Source of the DNA: Octopus sinensis
Taxonomy: Eukaryota
Assembly: GCF_006345805.1 (NCBI RefSeq)
Contig: NC_043005.1
Span: 81,406,001 to 81,470,000 of the forward strand
DNA length: 64,000 nucleotides
Direction: 5' to 3'
How positions within the stretch are numbered: position 1 is the stretch's first letter; the number at the start of each line of letters is the position of its first letter. The notes beneath the pieces were generated by a model that was not told the DNA's origin, searched no databases, and saw nothing but the letters and a program-made list of their open reading frames with translations. This document shows positions 10,792-24,500 of this stretch, in pieces. The translations under genes and the position numbers were made by a program.

Positions 10792-11907
10792 ATAGGGAGA
10801 GTATTTGAAAAACAATAGGTAGTGACAGGAATTGTATATAAAGGGAGATGTGGATACATCTAAAGCTAAGGTCTCATCGGATCCTGACACTGATCTTATG
10901 TGCCTCCACCACCCACTATAACACTAGATTTTATGCCAATATAAGTCTAATAAACTGTTGTGTGGAAGCCCCCAGACGATGAAGTGGGCTAGCCCAATAC
11001 GTAGATATAGAGAGAGAAGCCTAGACGTCAGGAGCACAGCTGAGTAGCAGGCGGAGAGAACAGTAGACTAGAACAGAGTAGAATTGAGTAGTAGAGGCAT
11101 CCGAACGTGCGATATAGCAAAAGCCATCTGAGGATAATCCCACATAGGATAAAGCTTCGCTTCTGGTCATCTTCATAACTGTGACGGACAAACGTGATAT
11201 CATACACGCGTGCGCATGTAAACAAACATGTGCAACTGCTATATATAAATACATGTGAGTGTGTATGTATATGTGTATGCATATGTATCAATACGGCAAA
11301 TTCATTCAGTGCTACAGATACACATATAAAAGCTCCTAGACATTATTCAGTAAAGGTAATATATTGAGAATGAATTTCCTCTAACGCAGATACATTTGGT
11401 ACCCTCGCAGATTACTTTTCTGTGACTGAAGGTTCTTTGAAATAATAATTATATTTATATTATTATTAGAGTAATAATCTAGATTTCCCGCGGTTTCAGT
11501 GTATCTTTTCATCAAGTCATGTTCATGCTTTATTACAGCAGAGTTAAATTTAATTTCATTCATATTTTTCAGACTCAACAATGTTCCAAGCAGGTAGCTT
11601 GTTTGCAGGAACATTTTAGTATCTCGCTCAAAAAGAAAGTTTTATTTTGTAATATTCCAAATATTTTTCCTGCAGGCAAATCTACATGTGTTATTGACCC
11701 AAAATAATGCCTAATATGCACACTAAAGATAATCCTACATCAAGAGATATTTGTTAGAATCATCTATATAAATGATCTAATATAGCTACAATGATATTTA
11801 TAGTCATTATACAGCGACATGACACCTTAAGATTCACAAAATTGCCACTTCACGTGAAAACTGAATTTTACTATTGTTGTAAGAATTTACGCCAATGAGT
11901 ATATATA

Positions 11908-13091
11908 TCTCTCTATATATAAAACTGAAAATGTGTGTCTGTCTGTCTGTGTGTTTCCCTAAAACTTGAGAACTACACAACCAATTTCCTTCAAATTTTA
12001 CACATGCCTTACTTAGGGTCCGGGGATGTGTCATCGCAAAAAAATACTTTTAACTTTTTGCCTAGGGCGAGCCCACAGCAATATCATATCTTCTCCACTA
12101 CAATTCCCTAAAACTTGAGAACTACACAACCAATTTCATTCAAATTTTACACATGCCTTACTTAGGGTCCGTGTAGTTTCACTGGCAAAAAAATGTTCAA
12201 CTTCTTGCCTAGAGCGAGCCGATAGCAATATCATATCTTCTCCACTATATTCAGTATTACGTGTTAAAAGTGAAACAAAAACATTTCTCTATTTTATGTC
12301 AGATGCTTTCACTTTACAATAAAAATAATAACAATTGAATTATATGTAGTAAGTAATAATTAAAATCAAACTAAAGTATAATATAATCGTAACATAACAA
12401 AAGTAAAAATAGCAATTGGTATAAAATTGCATCAATGATTTGAACTTGAATAAGTGGTTTCACATGATTGAGAAAAAATTAAAATAAAATTAGTGTGCAG
12501 AAATGGAATAGTCCAGATGGATAATAAAAAATTAAATTAAAGAAAAGACTATTGTCTATAAAGAATACAATGTAGAGAAAAAAGAAGATTTGCACACCTG
12601 GAGGAAAGCACCTTCGAAAAGAGTCTTGGTGCGGCTATGAAAGATATCTAACCAGAGGCGGTAAATTCGCCACAATAGAAGCAATGTTCGAGTCAACGGA
12701 GCGTGCAAGGGAGTACTCGACTCGAACTTGCAAAGTGGAAATATTTTATTTTTACCTATTATATCTGGGACGTAGGACGTCCCGCATAAAAATTTTAAAT
12801 GCAACACCCCCCCCAAAATGTAGAGGTAGGCTGGATTGTAGCCACACTTCTATACAAGAGGGAGGACAAGATAGAATTGATCGAAATTACAAGAGACGGG
12901 CTAACAATTCCGGTCTGTTATATATTTTGAGTATTGTTATCACTAGCGATATCAAGATATAACTTTGTATTTTGTATTTTATGTGTAGATGTATATATAT
13001 ATATAGATGTACATGTAATATGTACACATATATATACACATATACACATGCACTAGCACTATGACCCGGCAACGACGGGTCATAATGCTAG
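11908..13091 (+). mobile_element. Complete non-autonomous Helitron
   Basis: A|TC 5' end in an AT run, 5' (GTCT)n motif, 3' hairpin ATGACCCG-GCAACGA-CGGGTCAT followed by CTAG|T, no TSD. Internal direct repeat at 11955-12100 / 12104-12247. Confidence 0.9.
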
Positions 13092-13309
13092 TATATATAT
13101 ATAATGAGAATTCACACAAAGGCAAAAGACGAGTATGCAAACACCAAACAGATGTATTTGTTTAACGCTCGGGAAGTGAGAAAGTTTTTTATGTTTCCAG
13201 CCTACGCTCTTCGACAGAAAGGAACAGAGAAATAAACGAGGAGAGAAAATAGAAAAAGGTTTAGTAGCGAGCGATCTATATATATATATATATATATATA
13301 AACAAAATC

Positions 13310-13700
13310 AAGGTAGAAAATACTAAAATAACTTTATATAAAACATTTCGGTACCGGTTTCGGTAATTGAGACTTTTCCAACTGTAAGTATAGAAAACAA
13401 TTAAATTTTGGAAAAATTAAATTATAAGTTTCTGAAAAGAATATTTGCATAGTATTCAAATACAAGGGGCATTTTACCTTGTTTCTCTGTCTCTGTCTTC
13501 AAGAGTAAACAAGAGAGGCAGAGACAGGCAAAAACAAGGGAAATGCCCCTTGTATTTGAATACTATGCAAATATTCTTTTAAGAGCTTTGCATTTAGATT
13601 TTCCGAAATTTAATTGTTTTCCATAATTACAGTAGAACTCTCAATAATTGAAACCGGTAATGAATGTTTTTCATAAAATTATTTTAGCATTTTCTACCTT
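13310..13700. repeat. Foldback element: about 190-bp inverted arms with a short spacer
   Basis: Perfect 40-bp pairing of 13435-13474 with 13541-13580; outer ends aaggtagaaaat / attttctacctt. A related end occurs at about 18115-18152. Confidence 0.92.
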
Positions 13701-14798
13701 CACGTTTTTCCATATATAATCTTCTACACACATATATATACACACAAAACGGATGTATTTAAACGCAGAACCGCTGACAAGTTTCAATTTGAACATCTTC
13801 AAAATCAACAAATTTTCTTAAAAGGTGTGAAAAACATATTTATTTTTAAAACATTTGTCGCATATTGTTTTGTTAGTTTCACAATATAGTAGAATAATCT
13901 TCATTTATAGCAGTATATATTTCGAGTGATAAAAGTTATATTTTCTTAAAAGTTTAACTCATTGTAATGTGTTCACATAATGACTTATTTTCATTCAAAG
14001 AATGCAGAACCTGTGTTCCAGACCAGACGTGTTATGTGTCTGCAATTGTAAATATTCTCTCATTTATTATGATGGTATTATGGAACATACCTCATTCTTA
14101 CACATAAATGATTTACTTATAAACGATAAAGTTGTCACCACTTACAAAATTCCATCAAAGAAAGTGCAATGTAAAAGTGGAAATCTTGTTACTGTTATTG
14201 ATTTTGTTTTTAAGATGCTCATACATACACAGCTTGTAGGTAAACAATCAAATATATGCTTGGCTATTCTTCTAACTATGACCAATCCATTTAATTATAT
14301 ACCATTGCATATCGAATTTAGTGACTTAAGTATCTTGTCTACATTATAAATATAAAAAGGAAAGTGTTACCATTCTTTTCATATACTGCGGCGTATGGCG
14401 GGAAATGAGATTAGCGCCTTCTCTAGATCTTCGACCTGGCTTTTAAAACAGCAATAGTAGATTGGCTGTCACTGGGAGACAGCATATCAATAGATTGCTA
14501 GCCTTGCGATTCTTGAAGTGATACATTATTCCTGATGAAGTGGCGCCAATATTGAGACAATGTATAGACATGTCGCCGATGGACATTATTTTACTGCGTA
14601 ATGCATTAGATGATTATAGAATAAGAATGGGTTACTCTGCTCTATTCTAATTCTCTAACCATACTGATGTTGTACAATCTTACTGATTCGACATTCCGTT
14701 GATCAGTTTTGCTGCAGTGATATCTCCGGTGATATGACTACGACAAGTTCGGATCGATCCCAATTATTTACAGAATTATTTAAAAATTTCTCATTGAG

Positions 14799-15105
14799 TG
14801 TGAAGGCGCGTGGCTTAGTGGTTAGGCTGTTTGGCTGATGATCGCGAGGTTGTAAGTTCGATTCCCGGCGGCGCGTTGTTTCCTTGGGCAAGAAACTATA
14901 TTTGACGTTGCTCCATTCTATTCAAGTGTTAAAAATGTATGATATCTGTATTTCAAAGTGCCAGCTTTTACACATTCCTTGAGAACTACGCTAAGGTACC
15001 CATGCCTGCAGAGTGCTCAGTCACTGCACATTAATTTTCATGAGCAAACTGTTCACCTGATCGGATCAACCTGACCACTCGTCATCGTAACCGTCGGAAA
15101 TGCCA
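14799..15105 (+). mobile_element. Full-length CORE-type tRNA SINE (family D) with TSD
   Basis: A box TGGCTTAGTGG, B box AGTTCGATTCC; TSD CTCATTGAG at 14790-14798 and 15106-15114. Confidence 0.92.
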
Positions 15106-15342
15106 CTCATTGAGGGATAATGTTACCCCCTCCGTATAGATAACGATAATAAGCTTTATAATGCAATCTAGTCAGTGTTAATAAACATACCTTATAATTA
15201 GTGACTTCAATTACATTGAATTTAATTTTGAGAAATATTCATTCAGTCGTGACTACTTAGAGGAGAGAGATATGAAAAGTAGGTCTTTAGGGGGTGCGTT
15301 AAAAACTGATGAATTAAATATTTCAGTAGAAATATATATGTC

Positions 15343-15546
15343 TAAGCAGACAAGCCAAAGTTGGAATACATATTAGCTGTGAATGTCAAATAGTCGTTAA
15401 CATATTGCATATCTGGTTGCTATAGAACTTTTCAAGACTAAGCAAATGTATACATAACGTGCAAGAGTACTTTCTTCCAGTCTATGCAAATATCTATATA
15501 TATTTTCGCGACTGTAGATTCTATTATCGCATTAATAAATTAATAT
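15343..15546 (+). repeat. Left arm of a long-range inverted repeat
   Basis: Reverse complement of 20151-20359, including a 48-nt perfect match. Confidence 0.93.
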
Positions 15547-16229
15547 GGAATATTCTAAACACAACATATATCCAAGAACACCGACGAAAAAAATATTCTG
15601 AGACAATAATAAAATATATATAACCATACAGAAAGACACACACATATATATATGTGCATATTAACACACCTATAGGCACGTGTGTATGTGAGTGTGTATA
15701 AATGTTACACCCATATTTAATATTCATATATTATATCCATATAAATGTGCGTATACAAATATATGTGTGTGAATGTGTATCTGTATGCGTCCTCTTTCCG
15801 TTTATGTTTGAAGTTATATGTGTTTGTGTGAACATGCTTATGTCTGTGAAAGCGTATATGAGAGTGCTGCGAGTGTCTGTATGGACATGCAAGCACACAT
15901 ATTACAATAGCTCGTAAAATATAACGTGATAGACGTCTACAGTCTTTGTAGAAATAGTAATTTAAGCATCATAAGTTTCGTGTTGTTTGTTCTGATAACA
16001 GATTTATGTTAGCCAAATGAATGGTGTACCAATGCATACAAAGACTTTCCAATATCTGTTCATAATCTTGGGAAATATATTATATGAGAAACGAGAATAA
16101 TTGGATTTTCCAAACTTTGAAAATCTTAAAAATTACGGCTGTCTTGCAGTTGAATAATATAGACTTATCACAATTTACAAACCTGCATGAACACACACAT
16201 ATTTACAAGTATACACGAGTGAATATATA

Positions 16230-16243
16230 GGTATGCGTGTGTA

Positions 16244-16305
<62 letters not shown>

Positions 16306-16571
16306 TAAATATTTATGTATGTGTGTACGTATATATAAATATATACATATATGTATATATGTGTATATATATGCATATTTATATGTATATATATACATAT
16401 GTATATATGTGTATATATATACATTATATATGTGTACATATGTATATATATGTATACACATATATATACATATATGTATATATATACATATATGTATATA
16501 TACATATATACATATATGTATATATATATATATACATATATAATTACATATATATATATACATATATGTAT

Positions 16572-16613
<42 letters not shown>

Positions 16614-16990
16614 TGTATATATATATATATATACATATATAATTACACATATATAATTACATATATATATATATATACATATATAATTACATATACATAT
16701 ATATACATATATAATTACATATATATACATATATAATTACATATATATGTATATACATATATAGTTACATACATATATATATACATATATAATTACATAT
16801 ATATATATATACATATATAATTACATATATATATATACATATATAATTACATATATATATATACATATATAATTACATATATATATATACATATATAATT
16901 ACATATATATATACATATATAATTACATATATATATATACATATATAATTACATATATATATAATTACATATATATATATATATATGCAC
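16230..16990. repeat. (TA)-based compound microsatellite with an emergent ~26-bp minisatellite unit
   Basis: Repeating CATATATAATTACATATATATATATA units over about 16535-16975. Confidence 0.95.
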
Positions 16991-17738
16991 ATAGATAGAC
17001 AGATATAAATATATATATTTATATTCATAAACATTTACATATATGTTATGCATGAATAATGAATATATTTGTGAACGAGCCTGTGTATTCTTCTTTGTGT
17101 ATCAGTGTATATGGATGAGTATGAGAGGGTGGGTGTATATATGATATGATAAACAGTTTCTTATAGCTGCAATGTTTACATTCATGATTTAAAGTCTCTT
17201 TTTGTGACACTTCAGACACCGAATATAAGAGTCATAAATAAGATGCATGATATTCACATATTACAACAAGGAAACATAAAAAAACAAGAACAAAATGAAA
17301 AAAATAGTAAGAGAAAAACAGAAGACGAGATTTTTATTTTCGAAACCGTTATATGAATCCTATTGTTAAATCGAAATGTTAGTATACCTGATATATACCT
17401 ATTGTTGGGTGTGAGAGACACTCGAGCGCTCAGTGTATGTCAATATTGAAACGATAGATACAAAGTTTTATACCTAAATTGTTGAGGTATTATATACGTA
17501 CGTGTATATCTATCTACCTATCTAACTATATATCTATCAATCTATAGATACATATATATATACTAATACATCTGTTTGTTTGTACACAACCTGCCTTCGT
17601 CTTTTGTTTATTTTCGTAAACTTTCCCTTTATATATACACACTCATCTCTGAGCGCATTGCATCTTATAGTAAAATCATCTGTAATCTACTGACGTTTAC
17701 TCTAATTCCAGTCCCTTCATTTGATTTCATATTTATCT

Positions 17739-17781
<43 letters not shown>

Positions 17782-17789
17782 GGTGGGTG

Positions 17790-17820
<31 letters not shown>

Positions 17821-18930
17821 GTATATATATACAAATGTCTGCCTGTATGTATGTGTACATATATGCACATATATATATATGTTACTGTAAAAATAATAAG
17901 AGTAGGAAGTTAAGAAAAATATCTTCATACCGGTGGCTAGCATGCGTAATAAAGTCAATAGACAATATATTTTCATATATAACAGTGTATATTTACGTAT
18001 TTATACAATTTACGTATTTATACATGAAAGAGCTGATCTTTTGCAGGACACTTTACATGCTAGAAAGCCAAGATTTAAATGTTTCCCGAAATCGTTCCTG
18101 AAAGGATTCTTAAAAAAATAATTTTAACATTTTCTACCTTGATTTTTTTCCATATATATATATATATAGGGATAGGAATAGACGTAACAATACAGGACTT
18201 AGTAAATTAATTTGGTATTTAAAAGATCACAATAAACAATTTAATTTCGATTGGTTGATTCTCTCAATTTCGATATTTTATGATAAAGGCAAGGAATTCT
18301 GTCTTCTCTGTAATTCTTAACTATTCTTTATTCTTTTTTCTAAAAATACCCTTGTAAACACGGTTATAGAGGGTGCATACCGATGTAAACATTGGCAGAA
18401 ACACAACTTTAGTTCATGTAAGTGATATCTATCATTATATATAATTTATCATTAATTTTCTTCTCACATTTAATTGAAATATCGTTATATATTTCTTATT
18501 TATATATATATATATATATATGAGTAACTTTAGTGCTGTATATATTTCTACTTTTCGGTTGTAGAATTGTGAATGAGTCATCCCTAATATATATATATAT
18601 TTGACATGGGGTCACACGGCTGGGTGGAATTGCGTGAAAAATTAAACAGACGTGTAGAATGATTAGGTTGTATAACTGGGGTTTGTATTTTTTCATAGCG
18701 CTCATGGTTACCGAGATAATCTACTATAATAATACTCTTTTGTTTATGAATAAGAATAGAATGGGTGATAGATGAATAAGGAATGAAGGGTTGATGACCA
18801 AGCACTCAGCTCTGACCGCATTGCCTTTTATTGCAAAAATAGGTGTAAACTAATGAAATCCATTGTACAATTTCATACTCCTTCGTTTAATTTTGTATGT
18901 ATGTATGTATATATATATATATATATATAC

Positions 18931-18984
<54 letters not shown>

Positions 18985-19974
18985 ATTTGTTTGAAAGCCA
19001 CGATCTGACCCTTACCCAATGAACAGAATTGGATTATGGACGCAGTTTCTAAACCTGTCAGAATTTAAGTCCCGAATCGTTAATATTTATTGCTGTTGAG
19101 ACATGCCTTTTGGGTGCACGCTTCTGTGAAGCATTCAGCCACTCACAGTCTGATCTAATTATTAAAACTTTGCGTTTACCAGTATACAGTAAGTGCTCGC
19201 AACGTCGAAAATCATAATATATTAATTTACAGCTAAACATATACATGTATGTATAATATATATTTTTTCATACATATACACTCCGTAATCAGATGTAGAC
19301 GATTTGAGAGAGAGAGAGACAAAGAGAGAAATATGTGTATGCGTGATGCCTTGTCTGAGTGTTGGAGTGTTTGTGTCTAGAATGTAGCGTATCGGTTATT
19401 GACCTTTTGCTGTTCGGCATGACATGTGAAAATGTAGCATTATCGCTCGGTCTGAAAGCAGCAATTAACTGATAACGACGAAGGAAAGTAGAATGTTGCA
19501 TATCGACAATTGCATTGCAGAAGGATTATGAAGTATAATATTTCACGCGGCAAACAACTAATTCGACAATTCTATTTGAGCGCTATTGTTCTCATTGAAT
19601 ACAATACAATTATTACAAAATGAATAACCTCTGCTCGTAACAAATCTCTTTGCCAGGATTCCTTGGCGAAAAGGGTTGCTAGGCAAACTGGGCAACGGAA
19701 AATAATGATATAAATTTGGATAAACCTAGCGCAGTGACAGAGATTATGAAGCAATTATGTAGTAATAGTCTGGGTGCATGCGCTGTAACAATGAGTCACT
19801 GCATCCATCATTTGCTGGTGATTCCCTACTCATGGTGGATGACACATTTGTATCACTAAAGAAACAGCGATGCTACCCATGGGTCTGATTGAGTGGTTGT
19901 GGCGGATGAAGATTTTATGGGGTCAGAGTAATCCTACCTCAATCTCTTTCCTATCGCCTTTTACGAGACGTAGA

Positions 19975-20143
19975 GGAAAGGCTGAGTGTATTCTTTGGTG
20001 TGCCAGTCCCCGAACAGCACTAAAGCAACGCGAAATGAAGCGTCTTGCTGAAGAACAAATTACGCCAACCAGTTCGAGATTCGAACCAACGACTTGCCGA
20101 TCGTGAGAGCAACACACTATCTACTAACCCACGCGCTTTCACA
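19975..20143 (-). mobile_element. CORE-type SINE (family D), degenerate
   Basis: Complement of the head (ccacgcgctttcaca, gattcgaacc) and the core (gaaatgaagcgtcttgct). Confidence 0.8.
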
Positions 20144-20150
20144 ATATTTA

Positions 20151-20359
20151 ATATTAATTTATTAATGCGATACTAGAATCTACAGTCGTGAAAATATATA
20201 TATAGATATTTGCATAGACTGGAAGAAAGTTCTTTTGCACGTTATGTATACATTTGCATAGTCTTGAAAAGTTCTATAGCAACCAGATATGCAATATGTT
20301 AACGACCATTTAATATTCACAGTTAATATGTATTCCAACTTAGACTTGAGACCTGCTTA
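20151..20359 (-). repeat. Right arm of a long-range inverted repeat
   Basis: Pairs with 15343-15546. Confidence 0.93.
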
Positions 20360-20929
20360 AAGGACCAATATCCGTCTATTCTAGAACAGGTTGGTTTTGG
20401 TCTCCGACAGTCTGTTTTTGTGAAATTCCTACTGCTAGCTAGAGTAAAGCGAAACATCCCATTAACATGTATGATGTTGTTAGAAAACTTTATTCGATAA
20501 TAGTGGAACACTATTGTAGAACCCCACACAAAATACCTCTGAAGATATACATACTTACATACGCACATACATATATATATATATACGCATACAAGAGTTT
20601 TTCTTCCATTTCTGCTATTTGACTTTCGCTTGTATTACATTAACTCAATAATTACGCGTTCTTTACTTCTCAATGAAATTATCAAAACACATATTTATTG
20701 TCTGCTATTTCTGTGAATTTCAATGGCATTTCTATGCGAATACACCATTAAACGTATGTCAATACATGATATTATATGGATACTTATACACCGCCATGAT
20801 CGCTTTGTTACATCTAAAAGTGCATTGGCATCATCTGACTTCCTCTGTTTGAGTTTTTGCCTATATATATGACGATGATGGACTCTACTGTCGATGTTGA
20901 CGTATAAGCGTTGAGCATTTGCCGAAGGA

Positions 20930-21142
20930 CGTGTACAAATGATTTGTTTATAGTTACCAAATGGTCATGCCGTACACTCCCTCCATTGACTGAACAGGTG
21001 CACCGTGTACCATGCGTCAGATGTCGAAGTGATCACAGATCAACGCAAGATGAAGTATTTTGCTCAAGAACACAACTCGCCATTCCTTCCAGGAATTGAA
21101 ACCAAGATCTCGCGACCTTGACTCCAAGTCTCTAACCACTAG
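20930..21142 (-). mobile_element. Degenerate CORE-type SINE
   Basis: ttttgctcaagaacacaac, ggaattgaaacc, tctaaccact. Confidence 0.65.
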
Positions 21143-21313
21143 CACATATATGCATATAGTTGTATATTTCTGTATATATAAAAATATAGATAAATAGTCA
21201 AAATGACCAAAACTCTAAAAATTGCTCTTAAATGTGGTTTTGTTCATTTTGTCTACTACTTCTAGCGTGTAAAACTGCCTGTTGACGGCAGTTTCTCTTG
21301 TGCTTAAATGAAC

Positions 21314-21334
21314 ATATATATATATATATATCTA

Positions 21335-21413
<79 letters not shown>

Positions 21414-21500
21414 ATGTATGTACATATATATACATATACACGTGTATTTTTATATATGTATATATATATGTATTTATATATACTTGTATATGTATATAGA
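21314..21500. repeat. (TA)n microsatellite
   Basis: Visible directly. Confidence 0.95.
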
Positions 21501-24500
21501 TACACGATATGTTTGAATGTGTATGAGAACGCGTGTGATTTCTTTGTGTTTACGTATACATAATAAAATATCAAGTTGTTTCAGACTAATCTCTTCGATT
21601 AACAGTTTATTAAAATACAATGGTTATGTTTATGAGCTAACTAGACTTATTCGCATTTTTTCTCAGACATTTATCGATTATTCGTCTCAAATTCTACTAA
21701 TATAATGCACAATGTGTTATTTTGTATTGTTATTGATAGTGGCGTTTGACCTCTAGCTTAGGAGTCCCTGACATCATATGTAAAATATTGTTTTCTATCA
21801 AGTTTTATGTTGTATTTTAAATGATATAAAGTAACATGAAGCGATATTAAGAAAATATTAATATGGTAATATGGCGTGAATACCATGAAAATATATGGTG
21901 TTTACATCGTTTTAGCTGTTTTTGTTTGTGTGTCCTCCTCAAAGTTTGCACTAAGAGAAAATAGACACTGTAAAGTTGAGGCTTATGTCTAATTGAACGA
22001 GTTAAAATATATAATGACTTCAGGAAGTAAATTTTGATATCACCCTCACCTCAGTTTTGCGATAGATCGTTGATACGAGAGCAAATTTATCAATCTGGCT
22101 CCACCCTCACATGTTACATCTTAGCTTACATTTAGCAAAAAAAAACCTGGGTTTCTAGCTTTGTGCATTGATTTTAATTCCCTACTGATTGTGTCTAACC
22201 AATAGAACAACAATAGTAACGAAAAGATCGTTTTTAAGTTCATTGAACGGAATGCTTATAGCTTCTACATTCTTTATAAATGTAAGTAAATTATATTAAA
22301 TTTGACACATTTCCAGTCAACGAGATGTCCTTAAAATTAAATTTCTATTCATCCGCTCAAAATTTTGCTAAGTAAATCAACAGGGAAGCAGATTAAGAGC
22401 CCGAGATTGATGATGTGTATTGTCAGTGTATATGACAATAAGATAAGTAAAATTGCTATCAACAAACTGTAAGAGGGGAAAATATTGTAATGATTAATGA
22501 GGTTTTCATAAGTTTAGTTTATCGATTGCTTTCAAGATCATTTTATGAGTTCGTTACATGACAGATGCTTTTAAAATCCTACTCTGATATGCAAATACAG
22601 CTTTGGTTTTCTAGAATATTTTTGAACATTAATAAGGAAGTAACGGCATACCAATTGAATAAAATACAATAATATATACATTTCGACATAACATCTAAAC
22701 TAGTTTCCTAATTCCTTTCCATTGTTAAGTTACCGAATTTTCAAAAACTTCGCATCGAGACTGGAGAAATATTTTATATTTAACAATTACAAACATTGAT
22801 CAGAGTAACATTAAATAAGTGTTTGAGACGGATATAAATTTTATGCTGGCTTCAAATAGTATTTTTTTTTATTAACAAAAACCTTTTTAAAAGATATCTC
22901 GGTGGTGATGTTGCTGGGTGTAGACGTAACAGCTTCCGCTGTTAAAAACATTAATTACAAAGTGACAATGTTTGTATCAATCAATAAATAAAAGTGTACT
23001 TATGAATTAACAATAAACAAGGGCAAAATATAGGAAAGAATGTCTCTATTTCTTGTCGGCTTTTAGCCAAGATATTATCTGAACGAGTAGACATATGAGC
23101 AAAATAATTTCATGTTTTTAATTATGACATATATATATTATTCAATATGACACTTAGTTCAGAGGACAGAGAGTTATTTGTCTAAGACAGAACTTTCATT
23201 GATATTTGTAGCATGTGTCGCAATAATAAGAAAGTCTTGGGTTTGAACGGATTGTTAAAAGGTGTTTTGGTTCTCCTTTGACAGTTATTTATATTTTTAG
23301 ATATAGTAGTTTGTGACGGTTGCCCACCCGTAAAATGTGGCATACATATTTTGTAAATATATCATCATGATTTCGACCATTACGCTGAGATCTATTAAAA
23401 ACTGAGTGTCCAAAGTTGTCCCCCGTAGTAATTGATATAATATTTGTCCATGAGCTAATGTTGCCATTTCGGAACCGCTTATGCAAGTTCAGTTAGATTT
23501 TTGATGATCATTGAACTAAGTTAACATTAATTAAGGTGTATTATGTCAAGTAAATTATTGATTGATACAAACGTCAGCAAAAAATAGAATATCATGCAAT
23601 AATAACTCTGACTATTACAGTTGTATGCAAACGAGTAGACAACGACGATATAAGTTAAAAGTATATTTAGTGCTTTCACGCAAAATTCGTGATGTGATGG
23701 CTTGTTTTACAAAGTATGATAATAATATCCACCCTATATTATGTGCATCATATTCATTGCAACATGTAACTCATCTCAGGAATACATGTTTTCGCAGACC
23801 TTCTGACATAAGTTCTTAAGATGTTATTAAGAACATTTACGCAGAGTATACAAGAGCCCCGTGCTAAGAATCAAGCTAGATGGGTGAATCTACCACACGA
23901 TAATGTGGAAGACTAATGTGGTATATATCTAAACACGACTCGTATATGCCAATGCATATCAAATGCATTTGTCCATACCATTAACAGAATATGGACCACC
24001 AAATATTCAGTTTATCATCTCCCTATTTCTGAATATTTGATTATATAAAAATTGATTATAATCATTGCTTTCGTTGTTGGAGATTTAAATTAAATTTGCC
24101 AAAAACTGTAAATAATATCATGATACCAATAAATATCTATAAAAACAACATTCAATAAATTAATGTTGGAAGGAACCTTTCTATAGCAGTATTAATATTT
24201 TCTACATAGTATATATCACATGATACCAAATCGTTGTATATATAAAGGTTTGGTTTTGTTAACATTTTTACACAATTTTGGAAATTACAGAAATATTACT
24301 AAGCCAAATCTCTCCAATTATCTAGAATTTCTCCTTTGACTTAAAAATTTATATTGACTATTTTCTATTTGTTTCGATATCGTCTTCGAGTTACAGAAAT
24401 TTTCTTTCAAGTCTGTCCACACTCATTCAAATACCACTTCTAGTTTGAACCAAAATTACTTTTACGATTGCACGTTTATTTATCCTTTATTTTTAAAAGC

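Noticed and set aside
10820-11206. Purine-rich block that might be a solo LTR
   Set aside because: No clear TG..CA boundaries with a TSD and no second copy in the window.
11955-12247. Repeat-spacer-like pattern (also the SINE cluster at 59305-60548) as a possible CRISPR array
   Set aside because: Eukaryotic transposon repeats; wrong unit size, no unique spacers, no cas genes.
14799-14880. tRNA-like A and B boxes here and at 32792
   Set aside because: SINE heads followed by CORE-like domains and flanked by TSDs; no proper cloverleaf.
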